Shown here: positions 1 through 14,600 of the stretch, piece after piece | Layout: every line of letters begins with the position of its first letter | Numbering within the stretch: the stretch's first letter is position 1 | DNA from: Pecten maximus | Lineage: Eukaryota | Reading direction: 5' to 3' | Length of the DNA stretch: 64,000 bases | Assembly: GCF_902652985.1 (NCBI RefSeq) | Contig: NC_047015.1 | Span: 38,440,001-38,504,000 of the forward strand | The notes under the pieces: model-generated | Told to the model about the DNA's origin: nothing | Seen by the model: only the letters and a program-made list of their open reading frames with translations | Database searches by the model: none | Program-made: the position numbers and the translations under genes

Positions 1-150
1 TGTGATATAAATATAAAATATCATGTCTGTGTGATATAAATATAAAATATCATGTCTGTGTGATATCAATATGAAATATTATGTCTGTGTGATATCAATA
101 TATAATATCTTGTCTTTGCGATATGAATATAAAATATCATGTATGTGTAA
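1..150. repeat. ~29-30 bp tandem repeat (tgtgatataaatataaaatatcatgtctg), truncated by the window edge
   Basis: About 5 diverging copies are visible. Confidence 0.8.
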
Positions 151-497
151 TATGTCAGAGAAATCTCAAAACAGTAGTGAAGTATTTGTTTTTATCATCT
201 AGGTTCTAGGTTTATAAAATGTACATAATACTTTGGTATTGTCGTACACTACAATGAGGTAAATCATCTATCTTGTCCGTTATGTAGAAACTTGGCTTTG
301 AAAATGCAACAGCCATAAAATGGAGTTCTCTTTTTTTTCCTTTATATGTATATTAAAAGCATGCCTACACCTGTTTAGACCTTATATAAGGGCTAAACAG
401 AATTTCTAGCTTTGTGTTTCTTATATATTCTATCAAAATTCATAGCTAACTATCACCAGAAATTTTGTAAGTTACCCAAACGGAGTATATACTGTAC

Positions 498-661
498 CTG
501 AAAGTTTCGTCATCTGGTGCCCCTGCATACTTCGATACTCCCCTGAGCAAGCTCTCATCAAAAGGATAGTTAGCTACCAGGTCCCCACCATGCAGATTAG
601 CCGATAGTACAAAAGGGTTCTCCATGATGTAACGAATTAGTTCTTTTGTCTCTGGCTGCAG
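498..661 (-). CDS. CPE: CPE-like coding exon 4
   Basis: ttgcag|[35 protein letters not shown]...PDDETFR|gtacag. Confidence 0.9.
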
Positions 662-3600
662 CTGCAATAACAACAATAATCATGATTTAATTTTGCCTCT
701 ATTGAAGTGAAAGTGTGATAACATCAGATGTCAGTCCCAGTGACATGCGAAACCTCTCTCCTTAAAAAGTTGCACCTCAATATTTTATATACATGTATTC
801 GTAATTTTGTATCACTTATACTTTACAATTGTGTCATTTCCTGAATTAAACAGAATTTCCATGTACCAACCTGCCAGATCACTGATATCTAAAAACAAGT
901 GACCTTTTAATTACTACCCCTCTATATGACATAATGTTCCCCTCTCCCAGATAATATTGGTACTGTAGCTTTCTTATACATTTGTATTTGATACTAATTT
1001 TATTAATTTACTTGCCCAATCTTTATTCAGACATAAACTGATGCTTTCTGAGTGAGAATTTACAAATAACATCAGATATGTAATGCCATACCTATATTAT
1101 GTTGCTTACCCTATGGCATGTGATAGGATAAATCCCTATTGGCTATATATATATATATATATATACTACAGTCAGTTATATACATTTTTACCACTGAAAC
1201 ATCAAAAATTATTCATTCTATAAATGAGATATTTTTAATACGTTATTTTATATGACATCATATATGATGTAAGATAGAATACATAACTTATAACGTCACA
1301 ATTTGGCATACATTTGTGAGCCGTTGTCATGCACTCGTGAAAAATATCAAAATATTAGCCCCACTCTTTGAAATATATTTGGTATTACTGAAGACAATGT
1401 TAGATATCCTCTCTATACACCATAGCCACCTGTCATACTGATCACAATGTACTAATCAATAATTGTATCTACATATGGAAAGCAATCAAACACTCCCTCA
1501 TATCTGTTATACAGCCTTCCGTCAGATATGACACTAATGCTTCTTGTATATATATGGGAACGGTTAACAATCTGCCATATGGTCAGATACAACTATAATG
1601 GCGGCTATTTATAATGAGATAATTCCTGTCGAACAGAGATTTCCTTGGCCATAAAAAACCAATCTATTGTGGTGGTTGAGGATATAGTAAAAAGGTTTCA
1701 TTGTTATATCTGTTTATGTAATGCCGACAGATATACAGCATTAGAATATATAATGTCATCCAATAGTATTGAGTAGAGAAACCATTCTGGTCAGTAAAAC
1801 AACAATTTTAAATGACTTTCCATTCAAGTGGCATAAACTCATAATTAAGATAAACCTATCTTAGGGAGCAATCCTCGCAGAGATGGGAAATGTGTCATGG
1901 TTTTATTTAAGAATATATACATTTCTGCCATGATGAAAGATAAACATGTACATTTGTATATGTTAAAATGGAAGTCTGTTTTTTCTGTTTTTAAACTGTA
2001 AAATATAGGACAATATTTTCTTGTTTTCAAAAGCTATACAATCTCAATGTATATTAACTAAATATTTCAATATTCAGGAGTTTAAGATGACTTTTTGTAT
2101 TAAAGTCATGATATTCTGTTTCACAACTTACATTTGGAGTTTTCAAAGCCTCTTTTTCATTTTCTACATGGTTGTTAGGCCCATTCCTCTGACGGATAAC
2201 CCTGTCTAAATCTGGGAAGTTTCTGTTCAAGTCCACATTGTGTGCATTTGCCCGTCCTTTGAGCCAGTCATGTTGACCATTCTGAAAGTGAAAATTTTCT
2301 ATTCAAATTTGATGGTTAAATCTTAAATAATAACGCCATATATTCGCCTGGAACATTTTTATAGTGATGGAGACACGGAAAAGTTGACATGTGGAATTCT
2401 TACTTATGTATCATACATTATAAAGAGAAAATCACATAAGGTTATTAGAGTATTCTACTAAGATATAAAGGATACAAGAATACATATCGTCTACTGCCCC
2501 TCCCCTTTAAACCCTTAAAATAGTAACAGTGGAACCATGACCTTAACCCAAAAACCTTGAACTCAATTTGTGTGAAATTTGATCAAAATCCCTGAAGGAA
2601 TGAAGCTGCTTGAGCACTTTGCATGCCTGATAATTGGTGGTACGTATGTAGGTACAAGATGGTAGGGGGCTATGTTGAGGTTAGTGTACAAATAAATAAG
2701 TTATAAAATGGATCATTTATAACATGTCACGTTCTTATTTGATAACAATTAAAATCATTCAGTGACCAATTTTTGTTTTATGTGTGTTTGTGTTTATTCA
2801 AAACAGAAATATATCACTGCCTATCCTGTTACACCCTTTAATTAAAATTCAGTAGATTTAATACTTCAAGTTGCTACTATCAATGAACTTTTAGGCAAGC
2901 CCTCAATACATTTTATATAATCCAGGGTATGTGAGACCAGGCTGTACATGTGTTAAAAGCAAAGTAAGCAGCTAGCAGGGGATCACATATAAGTGCACAC
3001 GTGACCTTTGACTTTTAACCAAAATCATATCAGGTGTTGAACTAGATGGTGTGAATATGAACTAAATCTATCCAGCTGGGGTTCAAGCGATACCTTACAC
3101 AAACTTGGATGTATGCATGCACGGATGTATTGACAAATTAACATAGCGATTACCTATTGTACTATATGTATCCTTCTTCATTGCAAGTATAACAATAGGT
3201 TGAAGCTGCACTGAATTGTATTATATTTTGATACATGCCTTAATTCTATACATGAGTGTAATATACTGCTTTTGTTATCACCACCTTAACATGGAAAGTT
3301 CTTGTTCATATTATATTTGGGCATTTGACAACATGTCTTCATTTCATTTGTATGTCCTAATTATATAAATACATGCACCATTCTAAAAATTATCATGAAT
3401 AATTGCACCAGGTCTGTTCAGAATGTATCTAATTCTGTTTCAAAATTATCAAATAATTTTTTTTTTAATTAATCTATTGAATTTGGGTTTGTGCGCCCCT
3501 TCCCCCTCCCCCTTTTTTTTGGTTATATTTCAACATTTGTTTACAGGTCAAGCTAATTTTCATCCTTTCTGGATTTCCACACTCTAACATCACTGAAGAG

Positions 3601-6600
3601 TCCCAAAAGGACAAAAATAATTTGACATATACTATATTGCTGAATTTACATCTAAATATACAGACCATTTCCTTTGTCTTTTGTACTATTCATTATATGT
3701 GTTGTTGGGTTTGCCACAGATGCTGCCCTAATATTACCCTACACACTATTTGAATACAATTGCAAGAATTTTACCACATCACCAAGACTAGAAAGTCACA
3801 AATACTACTAAGACTAGAGGGTCACCAACATTAGAGGGTTACCAAGACTGGAGGGCCACCAATACCAGAGGATTACCAATACTAGAGGGTCACCAATACT
3901 AGAGGGTTATCGACACTAGAGGGTTATCAACACTAGAGGGTCACCAATAATAGAGGGTTATCAACACTAGAGGACTGGTGTATTCCTGATCTAATTAACA
4001 CAAAGGATTCTGTGTTTCTTTTCAGAAAACTTCTGCAGGGTAATCGTGTCTACCAGGTAAATGTGATATTGTGACTATTTATACAATGAGAGCCCTTAGT
4101 AGCCGTAAGTCACGAACTCTTTGTTGTGAAATGTACCTATAGGCAAATGTGTACACAGACACATTAAAGTAAAAGTACTCCGACCTAAAAATACAAATAT
4201 ATGATAATACATGACACCTAACAATAACTTACTACTTATAGTATGAATAGAGAACACTGGTAAGTTTATAGAGCACATTTAAACCTAAGGACACCTCCAG
4301 CATTACAAATAACAAGTATTGCTATATACAGTAAACATATCAAAGTCCCTATTTGTCATTTGGATTTTAATAATAATATGTCTGTAAAAATATGTTTGGT
4401 CATATATGTATGGGACTTTTATATATAATTGATCATAAAGAAAGAAATCGGTTTTTATCTGAACTTGTACAATATATTAAGTTACTGGCTGATCACACTG
4501 TGTCATACATAAAATACAAAATGGGATATTGTAGCTATCTTTAATATCCAAAAAGTTCGAACTATGACATGCACATCAACATCCTTCTTGATCCTGGCAT
4601 TCTAAACTAATGACTGATCATCAATTGCAATTTTCAAGAGCATCCTATCATGATCAGTAGATCTTAATAAATAGCATAACAAGAATTATTTATGGGTTAA
4701 TTACTTTCAAATCTTTTACCAGAAGTGACTATCGGATATTAATTTTATTTCAATTTATGTATAATTAATGATATGGATATACAGGCATAGGACCTAACAC
4801 CAAGATACAAAATATATGAATATATGGATGAGGGTTTCTTGGATAAAGAGCTTTGCAGTGCTATCACTCTCGTTTTGGGACATCTGAGTATAATAATAAA
4901 TTATGAAATAACAAAATATGTAACCTTCATTTTCTCCTTTTTTGCAGGCCCAAATGAACCCTTTCAATATCACTATCATACAATAGATAATACATGTACC
5001 AGTGTATGCATTTTATACATTATTTACTTGAGATAGGCACACACATCCTCTGCATGAAGTCTTCTTTACATGTTGCTTATATCATGAGAAGGAATTAAAT
5101 GTGGCTTATGTAAGGAATAATTTGGTCAGATATGGCATAGGGACAGTTCTGTCATCTACAACATTTTCTTGTTTGTTTTACACACAAAATAAAATTCTTC
5201 CTGTTTTTGTCATCAAATTATCAAATTTTCAAATTACTACTCACTCCAAAACCTGAACACAACTTGTAAATATTAATGATAATAATGTTTGTTTTCTTTA
5301 CATGAACTGACATACACATCAAACAATTGATTAGGTGTCTGATCCTGAATATCACACCCCCTCTCTTTACCAGGATGTACGTGGACTGTTGTCAGGACTA
5401 CAGCCAGGCTGCGTGGGTAGAAGATTGCCAGGCTTGTAACTATTGCTTCTATTGATTATTGAGTTAGATTATAATCAGATCAGTGCCATAGAGTCAGTAT
5501 ATACTGAACATACACACACCCACCCACTGATGACAAGGATTTAACAAGAAGGCATAATTTTGTTTCTATACTTTCAGCAATATATTATGTGTGATTATGA
5601 TTTAAAATCAAAATTGGGAAAAAAAACAAAAAACAAAAAAGAATCATTGACTGATGATGTAGAATGGGATATTGAAAGCTTACCTACTGTGTCAAGTCAG
5701 AATTTGTTGGACTAAATATATATACATGTATATTATATAGCTACTATAATTACACACTGTAACAATGAGTAGATTTGTAGGCGTAATTTTATTTCCAAAT
5801 GTTTTGTCATATCCGGGAGAGCTGTGCATGTGTTATTTATTAAAAGATGAGAAGATCAAAAGCATTGAATTATTTTTACGCAACACGTAAAATGAAAATA
5901 GATTTATATAATAGATATATTATGAGAATGTCCAATATATCTAGATATTATTAACACTACAGCACGCCACCGAACCAGTATAATGATCTGGGATGATACA
6001 CAAACCTTATTCACCTTTACACGTGGTGAGAGTGTACGCAAACTTTATTGATCTGCTTTATATATATGAACTGGTGCATAATCACCCGAAATGAAACCAT
6101 TTGTCCAAGTATGTATACATATGGTGTCCAAATATATGATCGATTGTGACAAGTTTTGCACACATGTTATACTAATTAGCTAATATTCTTTCATTTATCA
6201 TTACGTCGGTTAATTCTGACGAAACTTTACTACAGATTTCTTACTCAATTAATTGGTCAAACACCACAAACAAGTGATACTTGATGAACTTTATAAATTG
6301 AAACACCACTACCACATATGTAATAACCTAAACTTCAATTTAGGACAACTGCAATCTGTCATAACTTCCTTACACTATTAAAACCAGCAAAAGTGTTAAA
6401 ATGAAATTCCCTCCGATATAATGTGTATGTGCTAACATTTCTCCAAAGATCCAACTCCAAGGTGACAACAACAAATACCAACAGGCCAGGTCATCTAAAA
6501 TACATTCTAAAATATTCTAAAAATTCTAAAATACTTCCCAATATAGATCTACAATGCTTCCCACATGTACAATAGGCATATATATCAAGATACAAATCTA

Positions 6601-9600
6601 CAATACATCATTAATAACAAAATGCCCAGAGACCTCAGATTACACTAATAGATGATGTTTTGTTTTTCAACCAACATTTAACACATTTGACCTATGACTT
6701 GGAAATCAGATCAAGGTTATTCATTAGAACAAACTTTGTACCGAAGCCCTTCATTCAAACATGATACTGGCCCAATATCATGATCCTGAGCCTCTTTGGT
6801 ATTGAGAAGAAGTTGTTCAAAAATTTCAACATATTCGACCCCCTGTGCCCTTGAAAGTAGGTCAAGGTCATTCATTGGAACAAACTTGGTAACCCTTCAT
6901 CCCAGCATGCTACTGGCCAAATAGTATGACACTTCTTGGTTATTAGAATAAGTTGAAAATGTAAATCGTATGGACAACACATGGCAATGGAAAAAAGGTG
7001 ATTACAATAGGTCACTTGAGATTTCATCTCAGGTGATTTGAAAAAACTGAATGTAATTTCTGACCATCAAACAGGTCAGTATGTCGCTATGAACTGATTT
7101 GCCAAGGCCAGCTCACTACCTGTGCCTCTCATGATAATACAGATGTGCCAACTTTGAACTATTGGATTTTTTGGATTGGAATGCTTAATAAATAAGGTGT
7201 CTCGAATCCCCTCGCTTATACAGGTATTAATTTAACATTGACCAATACATAGCAAAAGATGTAAGAGTTGAATCACAATATTGCTCAGGAAAATAGGCCA
7301 AAAAAGTAAATCTATATTAAACTATCAATAAAATGTAAGTTGATGTTCATTATGTTATCGAACAGACCAATGTTTTATTGTTTAAGGGGAGGGAGGTGTT
7401 AAACTGTTATGATTACAAATATATCGAATGCTGCATTTCATTTTGAAAGGGCTTCAACATTCAAAATGTTCTGGTATTATGTAGCTCTTTGTTTATTTGT
7501 TCATCTGCTGGGTTTATTGACCCATGAACAACCTGGGCCATTTTGTGGCAGAATCTCTTTGTAGTGGCTGGAAGCTACCTCAATGAAAAACATACGGGAG
7601 GCCCGTCGTATTCCATCCAGAGCAATTACGGTAAAGTATCTTGCCCAAGGACACAACCATGACAGCCGGACTAGCCCATTTCTCAGTTTTCTGAGAGACA
7701 CCAAAAACACAGGTAAGGATCATTGAACCACTCACAACATGGCTGGTGCTCTAATTGACTCGGTTATCGGAGCCTCGTTATGTAGTTAACATTTTACCAA
7801 TTATAGTTATGCATATGTACTAAAAGAACCTCATTTAAATCTGCACAGTTCACGATGATATAGTAAGCTTTCTGCATTAGCCCCTTTATACAAATAAGAC
7901 ATAATAAACCAGACATCGGTTTATTTTACCAGCAACTGTGTACATAGGTCATGCACACTATATCCTTTTTATAGTACTGAATAAATAGTTTTAGATTTAC
8001 CTTCACTTCCAATTTCCTATTATTAGTCCCTTAATCCAAGCTTAAGGATGCTTTATTGCTCAAATGTAGTAAAAATTCCTTCAATATTACTTAAAAAGTA
8101 TGATATGAAAGATTTATACAGTTGACCTGATCCCTCTGACCAAGATGGTTGCAAATTCAATTTGTGAAATATGAGTATCATTGTAAAAGCTATTAAGAAA
8201 AAAAATTAGAAAAATGTCAAACAATTTTGGACTACCATATTTCAAAGAAAAGACCACCCTTAACATAAAGTGAAGACAGAAAATTTGCACTTAATGACTT
8301 TTAAACCATTATCTACAATCAGGCTAGGTACAGATTTCAATAAAATGTTGGTTCCAACGTAGCATTTAATACAAAAAATGCTGCATATTACTGTATCTAT
8401 TATCTATAGATAGTTTATCTGTATGTGTACTGAGTTGATTACACTATAGCTACCTGATGTTGTAATAAATGATATCCAAGCTGTTAGCTTGACAAAAATT
8501 TCCAGATTGCAAAGACTCTAGCTTCCCATTTTAATCCTTGGCAGGCTGCAATGAAATGTCTATCTCTTCATTTATCTACGGTAAACCTCCGATTAATTCG
8601 AACACGCGGATAGTTCGAACACACATTTTTTTCTAGAAAAACAGTAATTTTTTAGCTGGTAATAGTTCGAACTCTGGCTGTTTATAACAGACACCATTTC
8701 GCATAGTTCGAACTTGTCAAATGAAGAACGTAAAGTAAAATTTTTTCCGGCAAACTCCATTGAAAGCTCGCGACAACCCGGCCCAGATGACCGGCCCATA
8801 AAAAATGCCAAGATTTAAATTTGATCAACAAGCATGTTTAGGTTATTAGATTGTATGCGTGATCATTAGAATGCGTCTGTGATTTAATATATGCCACATA
8901 TTTTAGCGTTAATTTAGTTTTTGTTACATTGCAAAATACACCACGCACGAGACAGCTGATTGCAAATGTAGGCCCCGACAATGTATAAATAACATGCGAT
9001 ATTTGTATTTGTGCTGTGTATGGCAAACTAAGAAATCGTCCGTGAATTTTCACATATAACTAGTGTTAACTTAGCATTATGATTATTTAATTGTGACTGG
9101 ACATCTCTTAAGTACTGCCAATCAAAGTATTACCTGAAAACCTGCGACCTCACACTAGGTAAGCATGCTACGCGAGGTGTTGCTTGCGGTATAGTTGAAA
9201 GGATCGGCTGCCCGATCGTGCTGAGTGACGTGAAAAGCATTCATATCCAGTCAAAACAATCCACAGGTGTCCCAATTAGTGATGGATAATTTTGCAGGTA
9301 TCAACTATGCTTGGTAGATAATATGACTGGGCATATTTAAAAGGAGACATGTTGATGTTCTGACCTAATTTTACCAACATATATCGCCTATTTTTACAGT
9401 AGTGCTTTCGTAAACGCAACAGGTTATGTAGACTGCTTTTGATGTATTTAAGAGACCATTTATTATATTAATAATATAGCGATAGTTTCTCATTCAGATA
9501 AAAAAATATAACCATGCAAAGATTATACTGAACAAATGTTTAACTTTTGTGTCACAAATGAAACGTGTACGGTACTGTTTTGGGGCCTACTGTAGCTACG

Positions 9601-11027
9601 CATTGCCCGAGCGGCTTCGCGCAATAACCATCATAGTTATCGCGAAATGAAGAACGTTAACGATTAATTAACATTGAATTAAATGAAATACTGTACTATC
9701 ATTTTACTTACTTGTAAATGTGCCATTGTTCAGGCCGACGTTATTACGTATCCGATTTACAATGGATGTGTTTGTGTCTAATGATTTTACTCTGCCGAGA
9801 TTTTCGCCGATATTGACTCGAAAAGTTCGAACTCGCGCTTATTTTCTGAAGCATAATTTCGAATAATTCGAACAGGTTCGTCAATATTTATTTAATTTTG
9901 TTCGAACAAACCGGAGGTTTACCGTATTCATTTTTTTTGCTTTGATTGTTCAATGAAATAACTTTTTTTTACCTTTTCTAGTGGACTTTTATTAGCTGCC
10001 TCCCATCCGTCTGGGTTCATGGTAGGCATGAGATGAATGCGAGTGTGTTGGATGAGCCAGGTGATTGTCTTGTTGCCCTTTTTATACTCCTCACACATGT
10101 ACATACCAAGCTTCAGAAGCATTTCACGTCCTACCACCTCATTTCCATGCATGTTTGCCACATACTTAAACTCTGGCACACCTGCAATAGATAATATTAT
10201 GTTAATACATTATAGAGGTACACATACGTACAGTAGCACCTGAATCTGAATAAATTTTAGAGGCAGCTACACAAGTTCAATGTCATACCTCTTTTAGATT
10301 GAACATGTATCAATTAGGGACAAGCATTTAAATAAAAAAAAAAAACAAACAAAAAACCCCAGAATTTGAAAACTACGGAGTCTAACAGACTACTTATATA
10401 TGGAAAAGTTGAAAGCAATATGTGAAGGATTGAAGAACATGTTTTTTTTATACTAGTACTTAAAAAATGTTTTCGGAAAAAATCTTTAGCCTGACAGTCA
10501 ATGAGGGTATGTAAAAATGTTATTTTGAAACTTGTCTGTCTGCATTTAATTATTTCTCATGTTTAAAGAGGCCTAATGGGCCTGATCTATTCATATATAC
10601 CACACACTGACACAGGCTAAAACACAGGCACTTGACACGTTCCTTTCACTCAGAATGAAAAATTAACCCGTTTTATGCCCCTGAGAGCTAAATCCTACCT
10701 TAGGACATAAAATGTGTGAAATACACATGTATGTATTCATATATATATATATATATAGTATTTATATAAAATTTCAGACAGAAGAATTTCACTATATAAA
10801 ATTGTTACTTTACCTATCACATGTTTTCCTGGGGAGGTAGAGAATTCTATCACTTTCAGAGGGCGATGCTGGACAGAATCACCAACGGAGTAGATACGGG
10901 TGATGTCTGGGCAAGCTGTGTTGATTTCATCCAGTGCTTCACCAACCTCCTTGGTATTGTGGTTTTTCACCTCAAACCCAAGACATAATGCCGGTACGAT
11001 CACCAGCAAAATGCTTAGTTTAAGCAT
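498..11027 (-). CDS. CPE: Carboxypeptidase E-like (M14B metallocarboxypeptidase), 5' part; coding exons complement(10814..11027, 9973..10181, 2132..2281, 498..661); continues beyond window start
   Basis: Signal peptide [17 protein letters not shown]; M14 motifs [18 protein letters not shown] (HxxE zinc site), [25 protein letters not shown] and [19 protein letters not shown] (GGDLVANYP is CPE-type). GT-AG junctions are in frame (phases 1,0,0,2). Confidence 0.88.
1181..1414 (+). mobile_element. Partial copy of the palindromic element at 31.65-32.07 kb
   Basis: Shares tacatttttacca.tgaaa.atcaaaaattatt and gtgaaaaatatcaaaatattagcc...ggtattactgaagaca...tagatatcctc. Confidence 0.75.
2132..2281 (-). 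CDS. CPE: CPE-like coding exon 3
   Basis: tttcag|[26 protein letters not shown]...KTPN|gtaagt; 150 nt. Confidence 0.9.
3781..3973. repeat. 17-bp minisatellite (actagagggtcaccaat), ~11 copies
   Basis: Direct periodicity. Confidence 0.85.
6617..7046 (-). mobile_element. Degenerate HINE (Helentron-associated non-autonomous element)
   Basis: Terminal aggtcacttgag...ctcaggtga hairpin next to a T-run on the - strand; internal repeats with ggtcaaggtca; related to 16.2-16.5 kb and 50.6-50.8 kb. Confidence 0.6.
7488..7775 (-). mobile_element. CORE-type SINE, degenerate
   Basis: - strand tgtgtccttgggcaagatacttta resembles the MIR/CORE central domain; aaac-rich tail. Confidence 0.55.
8579..9924. mobile_element. 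Non-autonomous Tc1/mariner-type element (~1.35 kb) in CPE intron 2
   Basis: TIR cggtaaacctccg..ttcgaac / gttcgaac..cggaggtttaccg; TA on both flanks; subterminal ttcgaac repeats; no transposase ORF. Confidence 0.85.
9973..10181 (-). CDS. CPE: CPE-like coding exon 2
   Basis: ttgcag|GTGTGCCAGAG; [14 protein letters not shown]...SPLEK|gtaaaa. Confidence 0.92.
10814..11027 (-). CDS. CPE: CPE-like coding exon 1
   Basis: ATG at 11027, signal peptide, ends KHVIG|gtaaag (phase 1). Confidence 0.9.
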
Positions 11028-11149
11028 GTCAACTGTCGTTGTTTTAAATAGAAGCCGTCCTTTGTAAGATAGAAGTGTATAACAGATAAATTAACAATTC
11101 AATATGTTACCGTTCTGGTCACTGTCAACGAGCACCTGCTGCTGTTATG

Positions 11150-11180
11150 TTTATACCGGGATGACGTAGGTTTGACGTCA
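11150..11180 (-). promoter_or_regulatory. Candidate CPE core promoter: TATA box plus CRE sites within the CPE/TFAM divergent intergenic region
   Basis: TATAAA on the - strand at 11150-11155; perfect CRE TGACGTCA at 11173-11180; CRE-like TGACGTA at 11162-11168; about 125 nt upstream of the CPE ATG. Confidence 0.55.
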
Positions 11181-11621
11181 AATGGAGAATTCCATACTCC
11201 CTAGGTCAATTGTATATCAAATTTCAGGTCATTATTAATATTCTATAATGAATAAATAATAAATAATTGTAAACTTTAATTCAAATGATATAATAACCGT
11301 TTTCGGCATAAATACGTTATATTATCCTGATTAATATAAATGTTATTGTTAGTGTGTTAAGTGATTCTCCCTTAGAGATAAAAAATAAGCAATGTAGAAA
11401 AAAACGAAACAAACTGATGAAATGGTTATTCACGCGTCGAAGATAGGAGAAAATATAGACGCTTCGAAGATGCAAATGGAATTAATTTATTGTTTTATGT
11501 ACTTTACACTATTTTGTCATCACTGCTGTGCCATCGTAAGAAAGCAAAGCGTATTTCGGTCCGAGATATAGGTGATTCCGAAAGATGTACTTCTTCATAG
11601 CGGAAACTCCGAATTGAAAGT

Positions 11622-11686
11622 ATGGCTGCTTACAGTATTGGCAGATGCAGTGGAATTTTCCGCAGTGTTATCAATGCTAATATAAG
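11622..11686 (+). CDS. TFAM: TFAM exon 1 (mitochondrial presequence)
   Basis: ATGGCTGCT...ATAAG|gtatca, phase 2, in frame with exon 2. Confidence 0.75.
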
Positions 11687-14600
11687 GTATCATACATATA
11701 TTTGACAAATGCCCTGATTAATGAGCAATAAAACCAAACAGTTGTATAAAAACAACGGCCTGTCGGCTGATGTACCTTTTGTTTACCCTATTTACAACGT
11801 TAGATTATCTGCTAGGCCCTATAACCCGAGTTTCTGCACGTTTGGTGTAGGGCCAGAGCGCACTACTATATATATATGAAAACGTGGAATTATCCGACAC
11901 CAAACTCCGACACCGTTTGGTGTCGCTAAGAATTTGGTGTAAATGTAATAAAATCGGGTGTGACATAACACCAACCTTACATATATGGATAAATGAGATA
12001 TTTATTTACCCCAGAACACCAATTTAGTCCCATCTTGGTGTTTTATTCCGTCCGTGGACCCTCGCTTTACACTAGTTAAAATTTCATACTGTTGACCCGC
12101 CATTTTGTAAGTGACAGTACCACTAACCGCCCGAATCGGAGCGCGATGGAGCGAAAAGACCACGTATCTTTTATTGTGTTTTTCTTCTTACATCGTTAAA
12201 ATTAAGAAAACTAAGCTTATTATTTCCCTTAGCCTGTTGTATTCAATTCAAAATTCATTATTTATAAATTATAACTGGTAAAATATATAAAAATAAATGT
12301 TGTATTATTTTTCTTTTCACTCCATCGAGCACTGATTAGGGTAATTAGTCCACCAGCTACCTACATAGTTAGCAATATGGCGTCGAGTCGAGTATGAAAT
12401 TTTGACTCACACTTTAGAAATCAGATAATTATATCTGAAGTATATAGAGGGTTGTGGCCCTTTGTTACATGTTTTATTCCAAAATTGTAAGCATGTTTAT
12501 CGAGTTATACCGAAAATTTCAAATGAATTCTGAGATTGTCTTAATAATATTATGCATACATGTGCCTTTCCGAAGCCTCTTTCCAAAGCGAAACTTGGGT
12601 GAAACGTGTTCAATATTTTTCTCTATATATCTTGATTACTTGCATGTATAATAAAATCGGGGAGAAAGCATTGAAGGAATTTTAACTGTCACATGCTCAA
12701 TTTTACCTTAGAGTTTACATCAGAGTCAAATTTGAACAGTTGTGTAAATTCTTTGCATGGTTCTTGCAGGCCAGCAATTTGCAATGCTTGGTATGGTACA
12801 GTTCAGGATAATGTATCGAAGAAAGAGCAACCATCTAAACCTGCCTCAGCATTTGTTTTGTTTTACAAGGATAAATTACCAATGATAAAGGAGAATAACC
12901 CAGGTATGTATACACTGTAAGGTAAAGCTGTGTATAGATACATTACTGACAAGGAAGTCCTAAGTTGCTCATTGCTATTTATTTTTTCTGATATTCCCAA
13001 GAACAGAACAGGTTGTATTTTAATTTGCTGGCCACATTTTGCTCTGATTATTAAATTTTTGCATATTTTCATATTGCTGGTACATATACCGGTAAAAGTA
13101 TTTTGTGGTACATGTAGGTGTACCATATATTTTAATTTAAATAAATACAGTCAAACCTGTATTAAGCGGCCACCCAAGGGACCGACAAATATTGGCTGCT
13201 TAAGACAGGTGGCTGCTTAAACCAGGTTGGCCAGGATCGGCCTGTTGCCCAATTCTTTTTTTTCAACAGTTTATTGAATTTATCACATTGTAATGCACTT
13301 ATTGATATTGATAACAATATACCATGTACAGTGTATTTTGAAATGAAAACCAACAAAGATAAAAGTTTTGATGAATTTGATAAAAATACCTGGTCATGTG
13401 ATCATTGCGGATGTCTACTTCCGGACAAAATGGCTGCTTATTACAGGACGATACAACAACTCGGGGCAGATTTTTGTGGCCGTTGGCCACGTTAGACAGG
13501 TGACCACTTATTTAAGATTATATAGTTTTTCCATCGGGCGGATCACCGACTGGCTGCTTAACGGAGGTGGCCGCTTATTCAAGATGGCTGATAGAGTAGG
13601 TTTGACTGTAAAAAGTAATACTGTAAACAGTGGTCCTCAACCTCTTGTTCTTAATGCATAATTTACAGTAAAATAAATGCAAAGAAAAACGAAAGCTTGC
13701 CTAGATGTGAAGGATATCACCATTTCTGCACAATAATTGCAAGTTAAAGTGAAGCCTGGACAAATCAAACAGAAAACACTGATTTGTTGTCAAAATTGGT
13801 TACTTGTCATTGTTTTTTGGAAGAAACAGTTGAATATCAGATGTCAATGTCACTATTACTGAAGATAACAAAACAATACCTAGACCATGAACTGATTGGG
13901 GATGGAAGTATTGTTCAGTAATGCCCTGCATGATTTGTCTACCAGGATGCTGAGTACAAGTTTTGGGTCTTTTATTGTCAGTCATGCTATCATTTAGCAG
14001 AATGAAATTGTTTTTGGCTCACTGGGATTAAGTTCAAGGGAGCTATTGCTATAACCACCCCCACCCATCCCACCTGGTGCGGTGTCCATGGACAGCTTGA
14101 TTATGATTGAAGTTTTTTCGGCATAGCCGTATAATATTCTTTTGGCCCCGGATATGACGCGACAGGAAGCGTTACTGGTCAAGATGAAGTATGTGATTGG
14201 TCAATGTAGTGGTAAATGTAAAATGCAGATATCCAGTTAAAAACGAAACAAATTTAAGATTGAATGCAAGCTGAATAAGTGGATGTATCTTTTCAAATGA
14301 CACATTAATGAAATTAAATTCCTGATTCAAATGCAGTCTTATTATCACCAAAAATGATTCAAACTGATATATAATTTTGTTATCCTTGCTGAAACACATT
14401 AGTTCGTTGATTTATTTCATCAGTAGTATTACATTATAACCACCAGCATTAAAACTATGCCATTTATCTTTTCTAAAGATATTTCTTGTTATAAAACAGT
14501 GTTTTGTCAATATTATTGAGAATACAACCTAGGTATTTGATGTATGGTCCTTGTGACAAAACCTATCCATTGGTACTATATCTGCAGGCCTGCTGACCTT

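Noticed and set aside
8593-9053. Transposase remnant inside the 1.35-kb TIR element
   Set aside because: The short ORFs show no HTH or DDE/D motifs that I can recognise.
498-11027. Carboxypeptidase D/N/M assignment
   Set aside because: GGDLVANYP and the GPNNH insertion fit CPE better; the C-terminal half is outside the window, so some doubt remains.
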